Of a stretch of DNA of 53,287 nucleotides, positions 1 through 10,251 are shown piece by piece; positions within the stretch are counted from its first letter, which is position 1, and each line of letters begins with the position of its first letter. The translations under genes were made by a program, and so were the position numbers. This DNA is from Ilumatobacteraceae bacterium (GTDB lineage: Bacteria > Actinomycetota > Acidimicrobiia > Acidimicrobiales > Ilumatobacteraceae). The notes beneath the pieces are model-generated. The model was not told the DNA's origin and made no database searches. It saw only the letters and a program-made list of their open reading frames with translations. Where the stretch lies: NCBI GenBank assembly GCA_031416375.1, contig JANOTN010000098.1:1-53287 (forward strand). The letters run 5' to 3'.

Positions 1-1362
1 CAATCCGGCGCCACCCCCGGCGTAGGCCAGCATCAACCCGGTCGGTGTGAACTTGGGAAGTGCCCCATCGCCGAGTCCCAGTGGCACGCCTTCGGCGATT
101 CCATCGGCTCCGCGTACGAGTTCGGCAACCGGCGTGGTGAGTCGCATGTGTAACTCGAACAGAATCCGATCGCGATCCCATCCGGCCTCGGCGAACACAC
201 GTGCGTGCTCTGGGCCAAGGACGAGGATCGCGTCGAATGCCATCACCAACTTGTGATGATGCATCGCCTGCATCGCCCCGGCCAGAGATCCGGCCAAACT
301 TTCCGGGGTCCGCGAGAGCTGATCAACGATGCAGCGCGGGCCCTCGCCTGCGAACACGGTGACGGCGTCGATGCCTGACCCGACACCAAACTGACCGGCA
401 AGCGTTCCGTACGGTGAGTCGATGTCGTTCTCGGCGAAGCAGAACGACAGCTTGCCCGGCGCGCCATGCGTTGCACGATCGACACCCCCGGGACGTCCAC
501 CTCCGACGTTTCGGACTACGAGTTGGAGCGCCCGCCCAATCGTGGAGTTGGCCCGGTTTCCCTGGCCAAGGGCATTCACGCCGGAGTTCATACCGATCTT
601 GCGGGTACCGGGCCCGCTGCAGACGACGACCGGTCCGACCGGCATGGTGGTTGCGAGCACCCCGTGCATGTTGAACTGGTCAGTGCAGACCGCTTCGACA
701 GCGGTGAGTACCCACGGCAGGTACTCCGGCAGGCAGCCTGCCATGACTGCCGCGATCGCCACTTTCTCGACGGTTACCGCGACCAGATCGGGCGGCACGG
801 TGGCAACGATTTCGTCAGGCGTTCGGTTGGTGCCGTTGAGCATCCGCAACACGCGTTGCTCTGATGGCGGTACGACCGGCAGGCCATCGGTCCACCCGCG
901 GGTGAACATCATCTCGATGTCGTCCTCGAGTTCGGCAACCTCGATCCGCCGGGACCGCAATCCACTTCCGCCGTGTCGAACCCGCAATTGGTCAACGAGG
1001 TCGGGGTCGACACTCTTCGACCCGCACCCTGGCCGGTACGCGGGTAGATCTGGCCCGAGTCCAGAGATGCCCGTGAGCGTCTCCCAATCGGTGCGCAGCC
1101 AGCCAATCGTGCGGTCGACCTCGACGCCGTCGACGACCTTGATCACGGTCGGCACCGTTTGAATCTCGTGATGCCAGCTGACCCCAAGATCGGCGTCGTA
1201 GATCGCCGCTGGATCGCCGGGGAAGCCAGGATCGTCCTGCGTGTAGACGGTGAGTGTCGTCGTTGCGGCGAGTTGTCGCAGTACGGGAACCACCGCGTGG
1301 CAAGTCTCGCAATCACGCTTGACAACGACCACGAACCCGTCAGGCAAAGTCGGCGTGCTCAT
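1..1362 (-). CDS. Thioredoxin-family fusion protein (N-terminal CxxC domain + 'GWTDGLPVVPP' domain); 3' end runs off the window
   Basis: Manually translated open frame from ATG 1362 to base 1: MSTPTLPDGFVVVVKRDCETC...EIQTVPT...RPGCGSKSVDP...RGWTDGLPVVPP...AVMAGC...GQGNRANSTIGRALQL. Absent from the ORF track because there is no stop in the window. TACGGT -10 lies 7 nt upstream. Confidence 0.8.
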   Translation of the reverse strand, partial: MSTPTLPDGFVVVVKRDCETCHAVVPVLRQLAATTTLTVYTQDDPGFPGDPAAIYDADLGVSWHHEIQTVPTVIKVVDGVEVDRTIGWLRTDWETLTGISGLGPDLPAYRPGCGSKSVDPDLVDQLRVRHGGSGLRSRRIEVAELEDDIEMMFTRGWTDGLPVVPPSEQRVLRMLNGTNRTPDEIVATVPPDLVAVTVEKVAIAAVMAGCLPEYLPWVLTAVEAVCTDQFNMHGVLATTMPVGPVVVCSGPGTRKIGMNSGVNALGQGNRANSTIGRALQLVVRNVGGGRPGGVDRATHGAPGKLSFCFAENDIDSPYGTLAGQFGVGSGIDAVTVFAGEGPRCIVDQLSRTPESLAGSLAGAMQAMHHHKLVMAFDAILVLGPEHARVFAEAGWDRDRILFELHMRLTTPVAELVRGADGIAEGVPLGLGDGALPKFTPTGLMLAYAGGGAGL

Positions 1363-1385
1363 CAACCCGACCGTACCTGTGCGGT

Positions 1386-2195
1386 TCAGGCCACTACGAG
1401 CGGGAAGCGGTCGTCGTCGAGTGGATCGCCGACTCGGAGGCCATTCGGTTGATAGGGAGGAGAGACTTGCCAGGGGCGTTCGGCCCAGGTGGCGTCGTCG
1501 CCGATCCAACGCAAGCTGACAGCGCGGCGTCGGGTCGCTTGCGAGGCGTTGCCTGGCGCGTCGTGCAGGGTGCGGTAGTGAAACACGATCACGTCGCCCG
1601 GTTCGACGGCGAATGCGACGACCTGATGGTGTTCGGGATCGGTGGCGATCAGCTCGTCGACATCGGGAAGCAGTTCGTAGCGGTCGCTTTCGGGACCGTA
1701 TGGCACGTGATCGATGAAGCGCCGCGGGATGAACCAACGATCCCAAAGGTGCGACCCGGCAAGAAAACGCAACGCCGTTTCGGCGGGGACCGTGTCGAGG
1801 CCAATCCACATGCTGACGCTCTGGTCGCCGTCGATCGAGTAGTACGGCTGGTCGTGATGCCACGGTGTCCGCTCGGATGCCCCCGGTTCCTTGACGAGTA
1901 CGTGTTCGTGGAAGAACCGGGCAGTGGTTGATCGCATCAGCTGGGCGGCGATTTCACCGAGCCCGCTCTCATATACGACGCGCTGATACTCGGCCACATT
2001 CGGCCACGTCACGTAGTCGCTCCAGAAGCCGACCGACTCGTCGGGGTTCGTGTACCGGTGCGACCACGCCGAGGGATGTGTTCGGTTGTACTCGACGCCG
2101 TCGCGTAAGAGTTCGATCCACTGGTCCGACAGCGCGCCGCGGAGAACGGCGACTCCGTCGCGTTGGAATGCCTCGATGTCGTGCTCGGTCGCCAC
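1386..2195 (-). CDS. Phytanoyl-CoA dioxygenase (PhyH) family Fe(II)/2-oxoglutarate dioxygenase
   Basis: FQRDG N-terminus; HxD (WHHDQPYY), distal His (LHDAPGN) and RRRA 2OG-binding motif. Confidence 0.85.
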   Translation of the reverse strand: MATEHDIEAFQRDGVAVLRGALSDQWIELLRDGVEYNRTHPSAWSHRYTNPDESVGFWSDYVTWPNVAEYQRVVYESGLGEIAAQLMRSTTARFFHEHVLVKEPGASERTPWHHDQPYYSIDGDQSVSMWIGLDTVPAETALRFLAGSHLWDRWFIPRRFIDHVPYGPESDRYELLPDVDELIATDPEHHQVVAFAVEPGDVIVFHYRTLHDAPGNASQATRRRAVSLRWIGDDATWAERPWQVSPPYQPNGLRVGDPLDDDRFPLVVA

Positions 2196-2284
2196 GTCCC
2201 CATTATTGCCGACGCAGCGGTGTTACCGTAATGTCACCGGCGTCCGCGCATCCTCGTAGTGATGTCCGGGGGTATCGTCTGACC

Positions 2285-3163
2285 ATGCTTCCCATCGCAT
2301 TGTTCGGTCGAACCGGTCACCAATCGTCGCGGTTGATCTTCGGTGCCGCCGCACTGGGTGGCATGAGTCAGGAAGGCGCCGATCGAACCTTGGCCCTGAT
2401 CGACGAAGCCGGGATCAACCACATCGACACGGCGGCGTCATACGGCGCATCAGAGGATCGTCTGCGACCATTCCTTGCGACCCATCGCCACCGTTTCTTT
2501 CTCGCAACCAAGACCGGCGAACGCTCGGGTGGCGCTGCCAGAGCCGAGTTGGAACGGTCGCTGGAACGAATGGGTGTCGACCAAGTTGACCTGATCCAGC
2601 TCCACAATCTCGTCGAGGACGACGAATGGGACGAAGCGTTTGCTCCCGACGGCGCCGTCGCAGCACTTGCCAGCGCTCGCGACGAGGGTTTGGTCGGTGC
2701 CATCGGAGTGACCGGCCACGGCATCCGAATACCCGCGATGCACCTACGCAGTTTGCAACGGTTCGACTTCGAGTCGGTGTTGTTTCCCTTTAACCATGCC
2801 TTACTCGTCAGCGACGCCTATCGAGCCGACGTCGACTCGCTGCGAGCCTTGTGCGCTGACCGTCAGGTCGCGATGCAGACGATCAAAGCCGTCGCCAGAG
2901 GTCGTTGGGCCGATCCCGAGCAGCCGCATTTCAGCTGGTATGAGCCGCTGACCGATGGCGAGGCGATCGGCCGGGGAGTTCGCTACGTACTCAGCAACGA
3001 TGACTTGTTCCTGAACACCAGCAGTGACGCTCGTCTGCTTTCTGTCGTGATCGCAGCGGCTAGCGGCACGCTCGAATGTCCAGCCGACATCGCGATGCGA
3101 GCTGACATCGAACAATTCGGCATCACCCCGTTGTTCGACGGCAATGCCCTCGAACGGATCTAG
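2285..3163 (+). CDS. Aldo/keto reductase
   Basis: FGRTG...FGAA, IDTAASYG, LATKT, VDLIQLH, IGVTGH. Start moved to ATG 2285 (TATCGT 6 nt upstream). Confidence 0.9.
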   Translation: MLPIALFGRTGHQSSRLIFGAAALGGMSQEGADRTLALIDEAGINHIDTAASYGASEDRLRPFLATHRHRFFLATKTGERSGGAARAELERSLERMGVDQVDLIQLHNLVEDDEWDEAFAPDGAVAALASARDEGLVGAIGVTGHGIRIPAMHLRSLQRFDFESVLFPFNHALLVSDAYRADVDSLRALCADRQVAMQTIKAVARGRWADPEQPHFSWYEPLTDGEAIGRGVRYVLSNDDLFLNTSSDARLLSVVIAAASGTLECPADIAMRADIEQFGITPLFDGNALERI

Positions 3164-4200
3164 CCGCCGGCGCTCGAGGTTTCGTCCGGTGCCGGGGGCG
3201 CGGCAACGACTGCCGCGATTTCGCGCTCGGTCGCAGGTGAGAGTTCGAACGGTATGTCGGCGTAGGTGAGTCGCTGCCACCTCCATCCAGTTTTTTCGTC
3301 TTGGAACCGCACGACCATCGAGTCCTGATCGGTCCACATCGTGACCGGTACCGAGGGATCGATGACGATTCCGGGAATCACCTCAGCCTGAAATGATTGC
3401 CATTGAAATGGGTGATCATTGCTGAAACCGGAGGTGTTGAACGCCATCTCGTACCGTGTCAACTCGCTCTCATCGATGCCTACCGAGGCTCGGTCGATTA
3501 GATCGACGTATCCCTGACGCAGCCGTTTCGGGAGGACATCGTCAGTCGTGTCGACTCGCAGCAGGTACGGCATCGCCCGGCCTAATTCGCTGATGATCGG
3601 GTCAGCTGCAGTACCGACATGCCACGTTGCGGCACCCTGACGGACGTACATCGTCGAGCCATCCACACTGACCACTTGTAGACCGGCCTGTGCACCGTTT
3701 CCGCGTCCGACGAACTCGAAGGCTCGGCTGGCGGTGTCGAGTGCCAGCGTGCCGTCGAGCACGGGAGCCGGCGCGGTTGAACGAATCTGAAAGCTGGTCG
3801 CCCGATAGGTGGCCAGTTCGACGCCGGGAGACGGGAGACGGTCGCGCTCAAGGTAGTCCTGCAACTCACGCGCCCCGAAGTACAAACCGAGTCCAGCAAC
3901 TCCGATGAAGCCGGCAGCGATAATCCCGCGGGCGAGTCGCCGCCACCACGGGTTGGCTCGACGGTGGACACTTCTGTAGCGGGCCTGATCTGACCGATAC
4001 CACGTGGTCGAAGCGCCGGACCGAGCAGCGTGACTGACCATCGGAGCCGCCGGCTTGGGCGCAGAGTCCGGAAGCGTCGGCTCCCAGGCCGATGCCAGCC
4101 GGTCCTGCATGGGGGGTGGCGGCACCGGCGATCCGGAAACACCTGGAGGGCGGAGCGGAACCCCGGGGGGTGGGGTTTCGCTGCTCAGTCCGCCTGTCAT
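3160..4200 (-). CDS. Hypothetical single-pass membrane protein (Pro-rich N-terminus, TM helix, beta-rich extracytoplasmic domain)
   Basis: Long ORF with TM segment GIIAAGFIGVAGLGLYFG. Start uncertain; ATG 4200 chosen (CACGAT 6 nt upstream). Confidence 0.6.
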   Translation of the reverse strand: MTGGLSSETPPPGVPLRPPGVSGSPVPPPPMQDRLASAWEPTLPDSAPKPAAPMVSHAARSGASTTWYRSDQARYRSVHRRANPWWRRLARGIIAAGFIGVAGLGLYFGARELQDYLERDRLPSPGVELATYRATSFQIRSTAPAPVLDGTLALDTASRAFEFVGRGNGAQAGLQVVSVDGSTMYVRQGAATWHVGTAADPIISELGRAMPYLLRVDTTDDVLPKRLRQGYVDLIDRASVGIDESELTRYEMAFNTSGFSNDHPFQWQSFQAEVIPGIVIDPSVPVTMWTDQDSMVVRFQDEKTGWRWQRLTYADIPFELSPATEREIAAVVAAPPAPDETSSAGG

Positions 4201-4316
4201 TTCCCTATCGTGCCAGATCACTGTGGTAGCGCCGAGTGTTTGGTTCGATTCGGTTCACTGGAACCCTCGTTCCGTCACGAGTGAGCGACGGGCCTGAGCC
4301 ACTACGATCGGCCGCG

Positions 4317-7300
4317 ATGTCTGTGTCTGAAACCACTGGTCCTGCGTTTGGGGCGAATTCTTGGCTCGTCGAAGAGATGTACGAGCAATACGTTGCCGAT
4401 CCTGATTCTGTCGGGGAATCGTGGCGCGAGTTCTTCGAGGACTACCGCTCGGTGAACGCCCCAGCCCACGCCCCAGCCCACGCCCCAGCCCACGCTCCAA
4501 CGCCCGTGCTCGCCGCCCCGATCGCTGCGCAAGCGACCACCGAAGCAACCGTCGCATCAGGTCCGGCAGCGGAGGCGAGCCCGGCTGCTGAGTTGGGTGA
4601 TCCCATCCGTGGGATCGGCGCCGTGATTGTGAAGAACATGGAAGCCAGCCTCGGCGTTCCGACCGCAACCAGCTTTCGCAACGTGCCGGCCAAGTTGCTC
4701 GAGGTCAACCGCAAGGTGATCAACGGCTACCGGTCGCGCACCGGGCTCGGCAAGGTCAGCTTTACCCATTTGATTGGGTACGCACTCGTCAAGGCGATCG
4801 CCGAGACCGTGCCAAACATGAAAAACGGCTTCGTCCTGGGCGCTGATGGTAAGCCGCGTATGGTCAGGCACGACCATGTCAACATGGGGTTGGCGGTCGA
4901 CGTCGACAAGGGTGACGGCACTCGCACCCTTGTCGTTCCGGTCCTCAAGCAGGCTGACACGCTCGACTTTGCCGGCTTCCTGGCGGCGTATGAGGAGATC
5001 ATCCGCAAAGTCAAGAACAACAAACTGACGATCGACGACTACGCCGGTGCCAACATTACGCTCACCAATCCAGGCACGATCGGCACGGTCCAATCGGTGC
5101 CCCGCTTGATGCCGGGCCAAGGTGTGATTGTCGGAGTCGGCAGCATCGATTACCCGGCTGAGTTCGAGGGTTCGGATCGCCGCAATCTCTCCTCACTCGG
5201 TATCTCCAAGGTCGTCACGATTACGAGCACGTACGACCACCGGATCATCCAGGGTGCAGAGTCCGGCATGTTCCTCAAGCGCGTCCACCAGATGCTGCTT
5301 GGCGAACACGGTTTCTACGACGACATCTTCAAAGACCTCGACATGCCGTACGAGGCAGTCAAATGGCGTCCTGATCTCAACCCGATCGATCGCGAAGAGG
5401 CAATGCTCGCCAAGCAGATGGCCGTCGCCAAACTGATCCGCGTACATCGCGTGCGCGGGCACCTGATTGCCGACCTCGACCCGCTGCGCTGGAAGGAACC
5501 GCGCACGCCCGTCGAACTCGATCCGGCGACGTATGGCCTGACGATCTGGGACCTTGATCGAGAGTTCCTTACTGACGACGTCGGTGGCCAGTCAAAGATG
5601 ACGCTCGGCGATCTGCTCGGGGTACTCCGCGATGCGTACTGCCGCACAATCGGTGTCGAGTACATGCACATCCAGAGCACCGACGAGCAGCGCTGGATTC
5701 AGGAACGTTTTGAGGTCAAGGCTCCGACCTACACCAAGCAGCAGAAGGATCGCATCCTCGAACGTCTGAATGCGGCCGAGGCATTTGAGAAGTTCCTCGC
5801 TACCAAGTACGTCGGCACCAAGCGATTCGGAATCGAGGGTGCAGAATCGGCGATCCCGATCCTTGACGAGATCCTGTCCGGTGCCGCCGATGACGGGCTC
5901 GTGGGTGCCGTGCTCGGGATGGCCCACCGTGGCCGACTCAACGTGCTGTCAAACATCATGGGCAAGAGCTACGAGGCGATCTTCTCGGAGTTCGAAGGAC
6001 ATGTCGACCCGAACACCGTGCAGGGTTCTGGCGACGTGAAGTACCACCTCGGCGCAACCGGCAAGTACGAGAGCGCGAGCGGTGTTGACATTCCGATTGA
6101 GTTGGCTGCCAATCCGAGTCACCTTGAAACGGTCGACCCGATCGTGATGGGAATTGCCCGCGCCCAGCAGGATCAGATCGAGCCGCCTGGGGCGTACTCG
6201 GTGCTGCCGTTGCTGATCCACGGTGACGCTGCTTTTGCCGGTCAAGGCATCGTTGCGGAGTGTCTGGCGATGAGCGACATTGGCGGCTACCGCGTGGGCG
6301 GCACGATCCACCTGATCATCAACAACCAAATCGGGTTCACTACGTCGCCGCAGTTTGCGCGTTCGTCGATCTACTGCTCCGACGTCGCCAAGACTGTCCA
6401 AGCACCGATCTTCCACGTCAACGGTGATGATCCCGAGGCGTGCGTTCGGGTTGCCCGGCTGGCGTGGGAGTACCGTCAGACGTTCCACAAAGACGTCGTG
6501 ATCGACATGGTGTGCTACCGACGTCACGGTCACAATGAGGGCGACGACCCGAGCTATACGCAGCCCTTGATGTACAAGGCGATCGCCGAGCGACGGAGCG
6601 TGCGCAAGCTGTACGTCGAGTCGCTGGTCAAGCGAGGTGACATCACCGTCGAGGAGGCGGAGCAGGCGCTCTCTGATTTCCAAGGCAAGCTCCAGGTCGC
6701 CCTCGACGCCACCCGCGCCAAGGAATTGGTCGCCGTTAAGGCACCGAGACCGCCGAAACCGCTCGGGGTGCTGCCACACATCGCGACTGGTGTCGACCGG
6801 GCGACGATCGATCAGATCTTCCATCACCTCACGTCGTACCCGACCGGATTCACGCCTCACCCGAAACTCGTCAAACAGTTCGAGGGTCGCGCCCGGCAGT
6901 ACGAGACTGACGGCGACATCGATTGGGCAACGGGCGAAGCGCTGGCGATTGGGTCGCTGGTGTTGGAGGGCTACCCGGTTCGACTCGCCGGTGAAGACTC
7001 CCGTCGTGGCACATTCAGCCAGCGGCACTCGGCGCTCGTTGATTTCGACACCGGTGACTCGTGGGTCCCACTGAACGAGTTGTCGCCTGAGCAGGCTCGA
7101 TTCTGGGTCTACGACTCGCTGCTTTCCGAGTACGCCGCGCTCGGCTACGAATACGGCTACTCGCACGCCAATCCTGATGCACTTGTGATGTGGGAAGCCC
7201 AATTCGGTGACTTCATCAACGGTGCCCAGATCATCATCGACCAGTACATCGTCGCCGCTGAAGACAAATGGGGCCAACGCAACGGCCTCGTGTTGTTACT

Positions 7301-7949
7301 GCCACACGGGTTCGAAGGTCAGGGCCCCGAGCACTCCTCCGCTCGAATCGAGCGGTTCCTCACCCTGGCTGCCGAGGACAACATGCAGGTCTGCAACGCC
7401 ACCACGGCGTCGCAGTACTTCCACCTTCTCCGGCGTCAAATGCACAGTGATCGGCACACCCCGCTCGTGTTGTTTACGCCAAAGCAGGGTCTGCGGATGA
7501 AGCAGACGCGCTCACCGATTGGCGAGTTGACGACTGGCTCCTTCCGAGAGGTACTTGACGATCCGAATGTGGTCGATGCGAGCGCGGTCAAGCGAGTGAT
7601 CTTCTGCTCAGGCAAGGTTGCATGGGATGCACTTGCCGAGCGCGATGCTCGCAACGCTCCCGCGGCGATCGTACGAATCGAGCAGCTGTATCCACTGCCG
7701 ACCGAGCAGATGTTGCAGATCCTTCAGGAGCGTTACCCGAATGCCAAGGAGCTGCGTTGGTTGCAAGAGGAGCCAGAGAATATGGGTGCCTGGAACTTCA
7801 TCGAGCACCGAACGTGGCGTGTCAAGGAACGTGGCTACGACCTGCAACACGTTGCCCGAGTCGAGTCGGGCAGTCCCGCCACCGGTTCGAAAACGGTCCA
7901 CGATCAAGAGCTGGCTGACCTGATGGATGCTGTGTTTGAGGGTTTGTGA
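4317..7949 (+). CDS. kgd: Multifunctional 2-oxoglutarate decarboxylase/dehydrogenase (actinobacterial E2-E1 fusion)
   Basis: FGANSWLVEEMY N-terminus; E2-like TYDHRIIQGAESG; GMAHRGRLN; ThDP motif HGDAAFAGQG...INNQIG; WEAQFGDF; GQGPEHSS. Confidence 0.97.
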   Translation: MSVSETTGPAFGANSWLVEEMYEQYVADPDSVGESWREFFEDYRSVNAPAHAPAHAPAHAPTPVLAAPIAAQATTEATVASGPAAEASPAAELGDPIRGIGAVIVKNMEASLGVPTATSFRNVPAKLLEVNRKVINGYRSRTGLGKVSFTHLIGYALVKAIAETVPNMKNGFVLGADGKPRMVRHDHVNMGLAVDVDKGDGTRTLVVPVLKQADTLDFAGFLAAYEEIIRKVKNNKLTIDDYAGANITLTNPGTIGTVQSVPRLMPGQGVIVGVGSIDYPAEFEGSDRRNLSSLGISKVVTITSTYDHRIIQGAESGMFLKRVHQMLLGEHGFYDDIFKDLDMPYEAVKWRPDLNPIDREEAMLAKQMAVAKLIRVHRVRGHLIADLDPLRWKEPRTPVELDPATYGLTIWDLDREFLTDDVGGQSKMTLGDLLGVLRDAYCRTIGVEYMHIQSTDEQRWIQERFEVKAPTYTKQQKDRILERLNAAEAFEKFLATKYVGTKRFGIEGAESAIPILDEILSGAADDGLVGAVLGMAHRGRLNVLSNIMGKSYEAIFSEFEGHVDPNTVQGSGDVKYHLGATGKYESASGVDIPIELAANPSHLETVDPIVMGIARAQQDQIEPPGAYSVLPLLIHGDAAFAGQGIVAECLAMSDIGGYRVGGTIHLIINNQIGFTTSPQFARSSIYCSDVAKTVQAPIFHVNGDDPEACVRVARLAWEYRQTFHKDVVIDMVCYRRHGHNEGDDPSYTQPLMYKAIAERRSVRKLYVESLVKRGDITVEEAEQALSDFQGKLQVALDATRAKELVAVKAPRPPKPLGVLPHIATGVDRATIDQIFHHLTSYPTGFTPHPKLVKQFEGRARQYETDGDIDWATGEALAIGSLVLEGYPVRLAGEDSRRGTFSQRHSALVDFDTGDSWVPLNELSPEQARFWVYDSLLSEYAALGYEYGYSHANPDALVMWEAQFGDFINGAQIIIDQYIVAAEDKWGQRNGLVLLLPHGFEGQGPEHSSARIERFLTLAAEDNMQVCNATTASQYFHLLRRQMHSDRHTPLVLFTPKQGLRMKQTRSPIGELTTGSFREVLDDPNVVDASAVKRVIFCSGKVAWDALAERDARNAPAAIVRIEQLYPLPTEQMLQILQERYPNAKELRWLQEEPENMGAWNFIEHRTWRVKERGYDLQHVARVESGSPATGSKTVHDQELADLMDAVFEGL
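4458..4493 (+). repeat. Coding tandem repeat (GCCCCAGCCCAC)x3 = APAH x3 in the Kgd linker
   Basis: Three exact 12-nt units read directly. Confidence 0.9.
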
Positions 7950-7969
7950 TCCCGCCCAGGACTGCCGAG

Positions 7970-9526
7970 CTACGGCGTGATTCCGCAACCTTCGAGGGTC
8001 GATACCGCCGACTCCTGCGGGAGCAGGAACACGCCGACCGGCAGACCACTGAATGAGCTGATGTCGAGCGCCACGAGTTGATCGGGAGTGGCGGACGAGC
8101 GAATGCATTCGAGCGCTGTCGTCATCGCTGCGATCAAGACGTCAGAATGACTCACCGGAGCGGGCAAATCGAGGTGGAACTGGCGGGAGAACGGCTCGCC
8201 GCCGAACTGTTCGACGTAGAGCGCCACTTCGGCCTCAGTCGATGCCTGTGTCATACCGGCCGACACAATTTGATACACCTGCCCTCGCTCAACTCGCCCG
8301 TGCAAGGCTCCCTTGAGCCCGCGCGAGATCGGAGACTCGATTGCTGGTTCCGATTGAATCCAACCACCAGCGCTGCTCGCAACCGCCACCATGACAGCGA
8401 GGATCGGCAGCCACCTCGCATTTCCCGACTCCAACCAAGCAACACCCTGCAGCATCCACCAGACACCGAATCCGCACATGATCGTCAGTGTTCCAGAGAG
8501 TGCGGCGAACACATATGGGTATGCCGGGAGCACGATCGCAGCGTAGGAGAGCCACGCCACGACGATCGTTCCGAGTGCGGCCGCAGCCAGCGCGCGGAGT
8601 CCGCGATCTGCAGTTCGGGCACGCAGGATAAATATGCTGATCGCAGCGACCAGCACGACGATGACGAGGATCTGCTGAGTCGGTGGCGGATCGGCGGTTA
8701 GGACGGTTGTTTCGCCCCGCCAGGTCGACCACGGCAAGACCTTGCGCGAGACGTGCCGCAGAGCGTCGAGTGAACCGAGCCGATCTCGATCAGACTCACG
8801 GAGGATCCGGGCGATGTTGGAGTCGCGCCCGTTGGTCAGGTCGATGATTGGGCCGGACCACATTGCGAACAGCGTTACGGCGATCCTGGCGAGGCGCTGC
8901 GAACCACCAGGCCGAGACCTGTTTGCGACCGCAACCCACGCCGTTGCCCCGATGATCACGAGGCCGAGAACGAACGCGGTTGCGTGGCTCTGTGCGGCAA
9001 ACGTCGCTGTGACAAGAGGTACCGGCCAACTGCGCCCACGGTCTGTGACCATCGCCGCACATCCCCACACGGCGGCGTAGCCGGCTATTACCGCTAGGAA
9101 GGGGTTCCAGGGACTATGCAGGTCGAAACCCAGACCAATGTTGATCATCGCCACGCCAGCGAGGGCGGCAATCAACGCCGCCCTTCCACCGAGTCGGAAC
9201 GCCATCACTGCGGCTGCAGCTGCAAATCCGATGTTGAGCAGCAACGCCGTTGCCGGCAATGCCGCAGAGCGATTCCCTGACAGCGCGTACAGCACTCCGA
9301 AAATCCACTCGCGTGCTGGGCCGGGGTGATGAAAGCCAAACCGCGAGAAGGCGCCGACGAGTGGGATCGTGCCGTCCTGTATGCGCTCGAGGCGAAGTTG
9401 CAGAATGGCGTGGTCGTCGGTGGCGATCCACCCGCGAAACCGAACCAGCGCGGCGAGCCAAATTACGATCGCGATCCCGCCGATAGAGAGCCAGGTTGGC
9501 ACTCGGCCGACTCGCAACGGGATCAC
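7970..9526 (-). CDS. Multi-pass membrane protein, possibly a GT-C-fold glycosyltransferase
   Basis: About 10 hydrophobic segments; acidic motif (ATDDHA) and FHHPGP in the first loop; PWNP motif. GTG 9526 overlaps the HAD stop (GTGA). Confidence 0.55.
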   Translation of the reverse strand: MIPLRVGRVPTWLSIGGIAIVIWLAALVRFRGWIATDDHAILQLRLERIQDGTIPLVGAFSRFGFHHPGPAREWIFGVLYALSGNRSAALPATALLLNIGFAAAAAVMAFRLGGRAALIAALAGVAMINIGLGFDLHSPWNPFLAVIAGYAAVWGCAAMVTDRGRSWPVPLVTATFAAQSHATAFVLGLVIIGATAWVAVANRSRPGGSQRLARIAVTLFAMWSGPIIDLTNGRDSNIARILRESDRDRLGSLDALRHVSRKVLPWSTWRGETTVLTADPPPTQQILVIVVLVAAISIFILRARTADRGLRALAAAALGTIVVAWLSYAAIVLPAYPYVFAALSGTLTIMCGFGVWWMLQGVAWLESGNARWLPILAVMVAVASSAGGWIQSEPAIESPISRGLKGALHGRVERGQVYQIVSAGMTQASTEAEVALYVEQFGGEPFSRQFHLDLPAPVSHSDVLIAAMTTALECIRSSATPDQLVALDISSFSGLPVGVFLLPQESAVSTLEGCGITP

Positions 9527-10173
9527 CTGAGGTCGATTCCCAGTGTTGCTTCGAGGTCGGCGATGGCTTGCGCTGCCGACAGGACTTTGATCGTCGTCAT
9601 GCCCATCGCCCGTGCCGGTTTGAGGTTGATCCCGAGGTCGTCGAGGAACACACACTGGTCGGCACTGACACCCGCCAACTCGCAGGCCAACACGTAGAAC
9701 TCGGTCTCAGGCTTGCGCGATCCGACCTTGCTTGATTCGATCACGTGGTGAAATCGGACCATCACATCGTCGACATCGGGTCGAACATGATCGGACAACA
9801 CATTGTTGGTCAAACACGCCGTGACGAATCCCGCCTCGATCACCCGGTCGAGCGCGACGACCATCTCTGGCCGCACGGACCCGTGCAGCATCGTGAGTAC
9901 CTCGCTGCCCGGAACGCGATGACCCAACCGCTCGGATTGATCTGCGAACAACACGTCAAACTCGTGCGCGGTGACCTCCTGACGTTCGATCCGCGCCCAC
10001 GCATTCGTGTCAGTATCGACGGCGTTGACCGACCGGATGAAGTCGATCGGAAGCCGATTGGCCCGTTCGTAGTCGTTGAATGCGTCGAACGGGCTCGACA
10101 GAATTACCCCACCGAAATCCCAGAAAACGGCCCGGAACTGGTGGTTGCGCCCGGTGGTGTGCGTGTCGTGCAT
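9523..10173 (-). CDS. HAD-IA family hydrolase/phosphatase
   Basis: WDFGGV motif I, LTNN motif II, SRKP motif III, FLDDLGIN motif IV. The ORF track's extension to 11001 is antisense to the next gene. Confidence 0.9.
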   Translation of the reverse strand: MHDTHTTGRNHQFRAVFWDFGGVILSSPFDAFNDYERANRLPIDFIRSVNAVDTDTNAWARIERQEVTAHEFDVLFADQSERLGHRVPGSEVLTMLHGSVRPEMVVALDRVIEAGFVTACLTNNVLSDHVRPDVDDVMVRFHHVIESSKVGSRKPETEFYVLACELAGVSADQCVFLDDLGINLKPARAMGMTTIKVLSAAQAIADLEATLGIDLR

Positions 10174-10251
10174 AGCGACGCACCCTACGATGGCGGAGCG
10201 CGCCGGTCCTACCCGACTGGCCAAGTCACTCGAATCGAGACGCAATAACCA

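Noticed and set aside
422-1162. 246-aa + strand ORF and overlapping short ORFs
   Set aside because: Antisense shadow of the minus-strand thioredoxin fusion gene; no recognisable motifs
5949-7277. 442-aa minus-strand ORF
   Set aside because: Antisense to kgd; typical stop-poor shadow frame in GC-rich DNA
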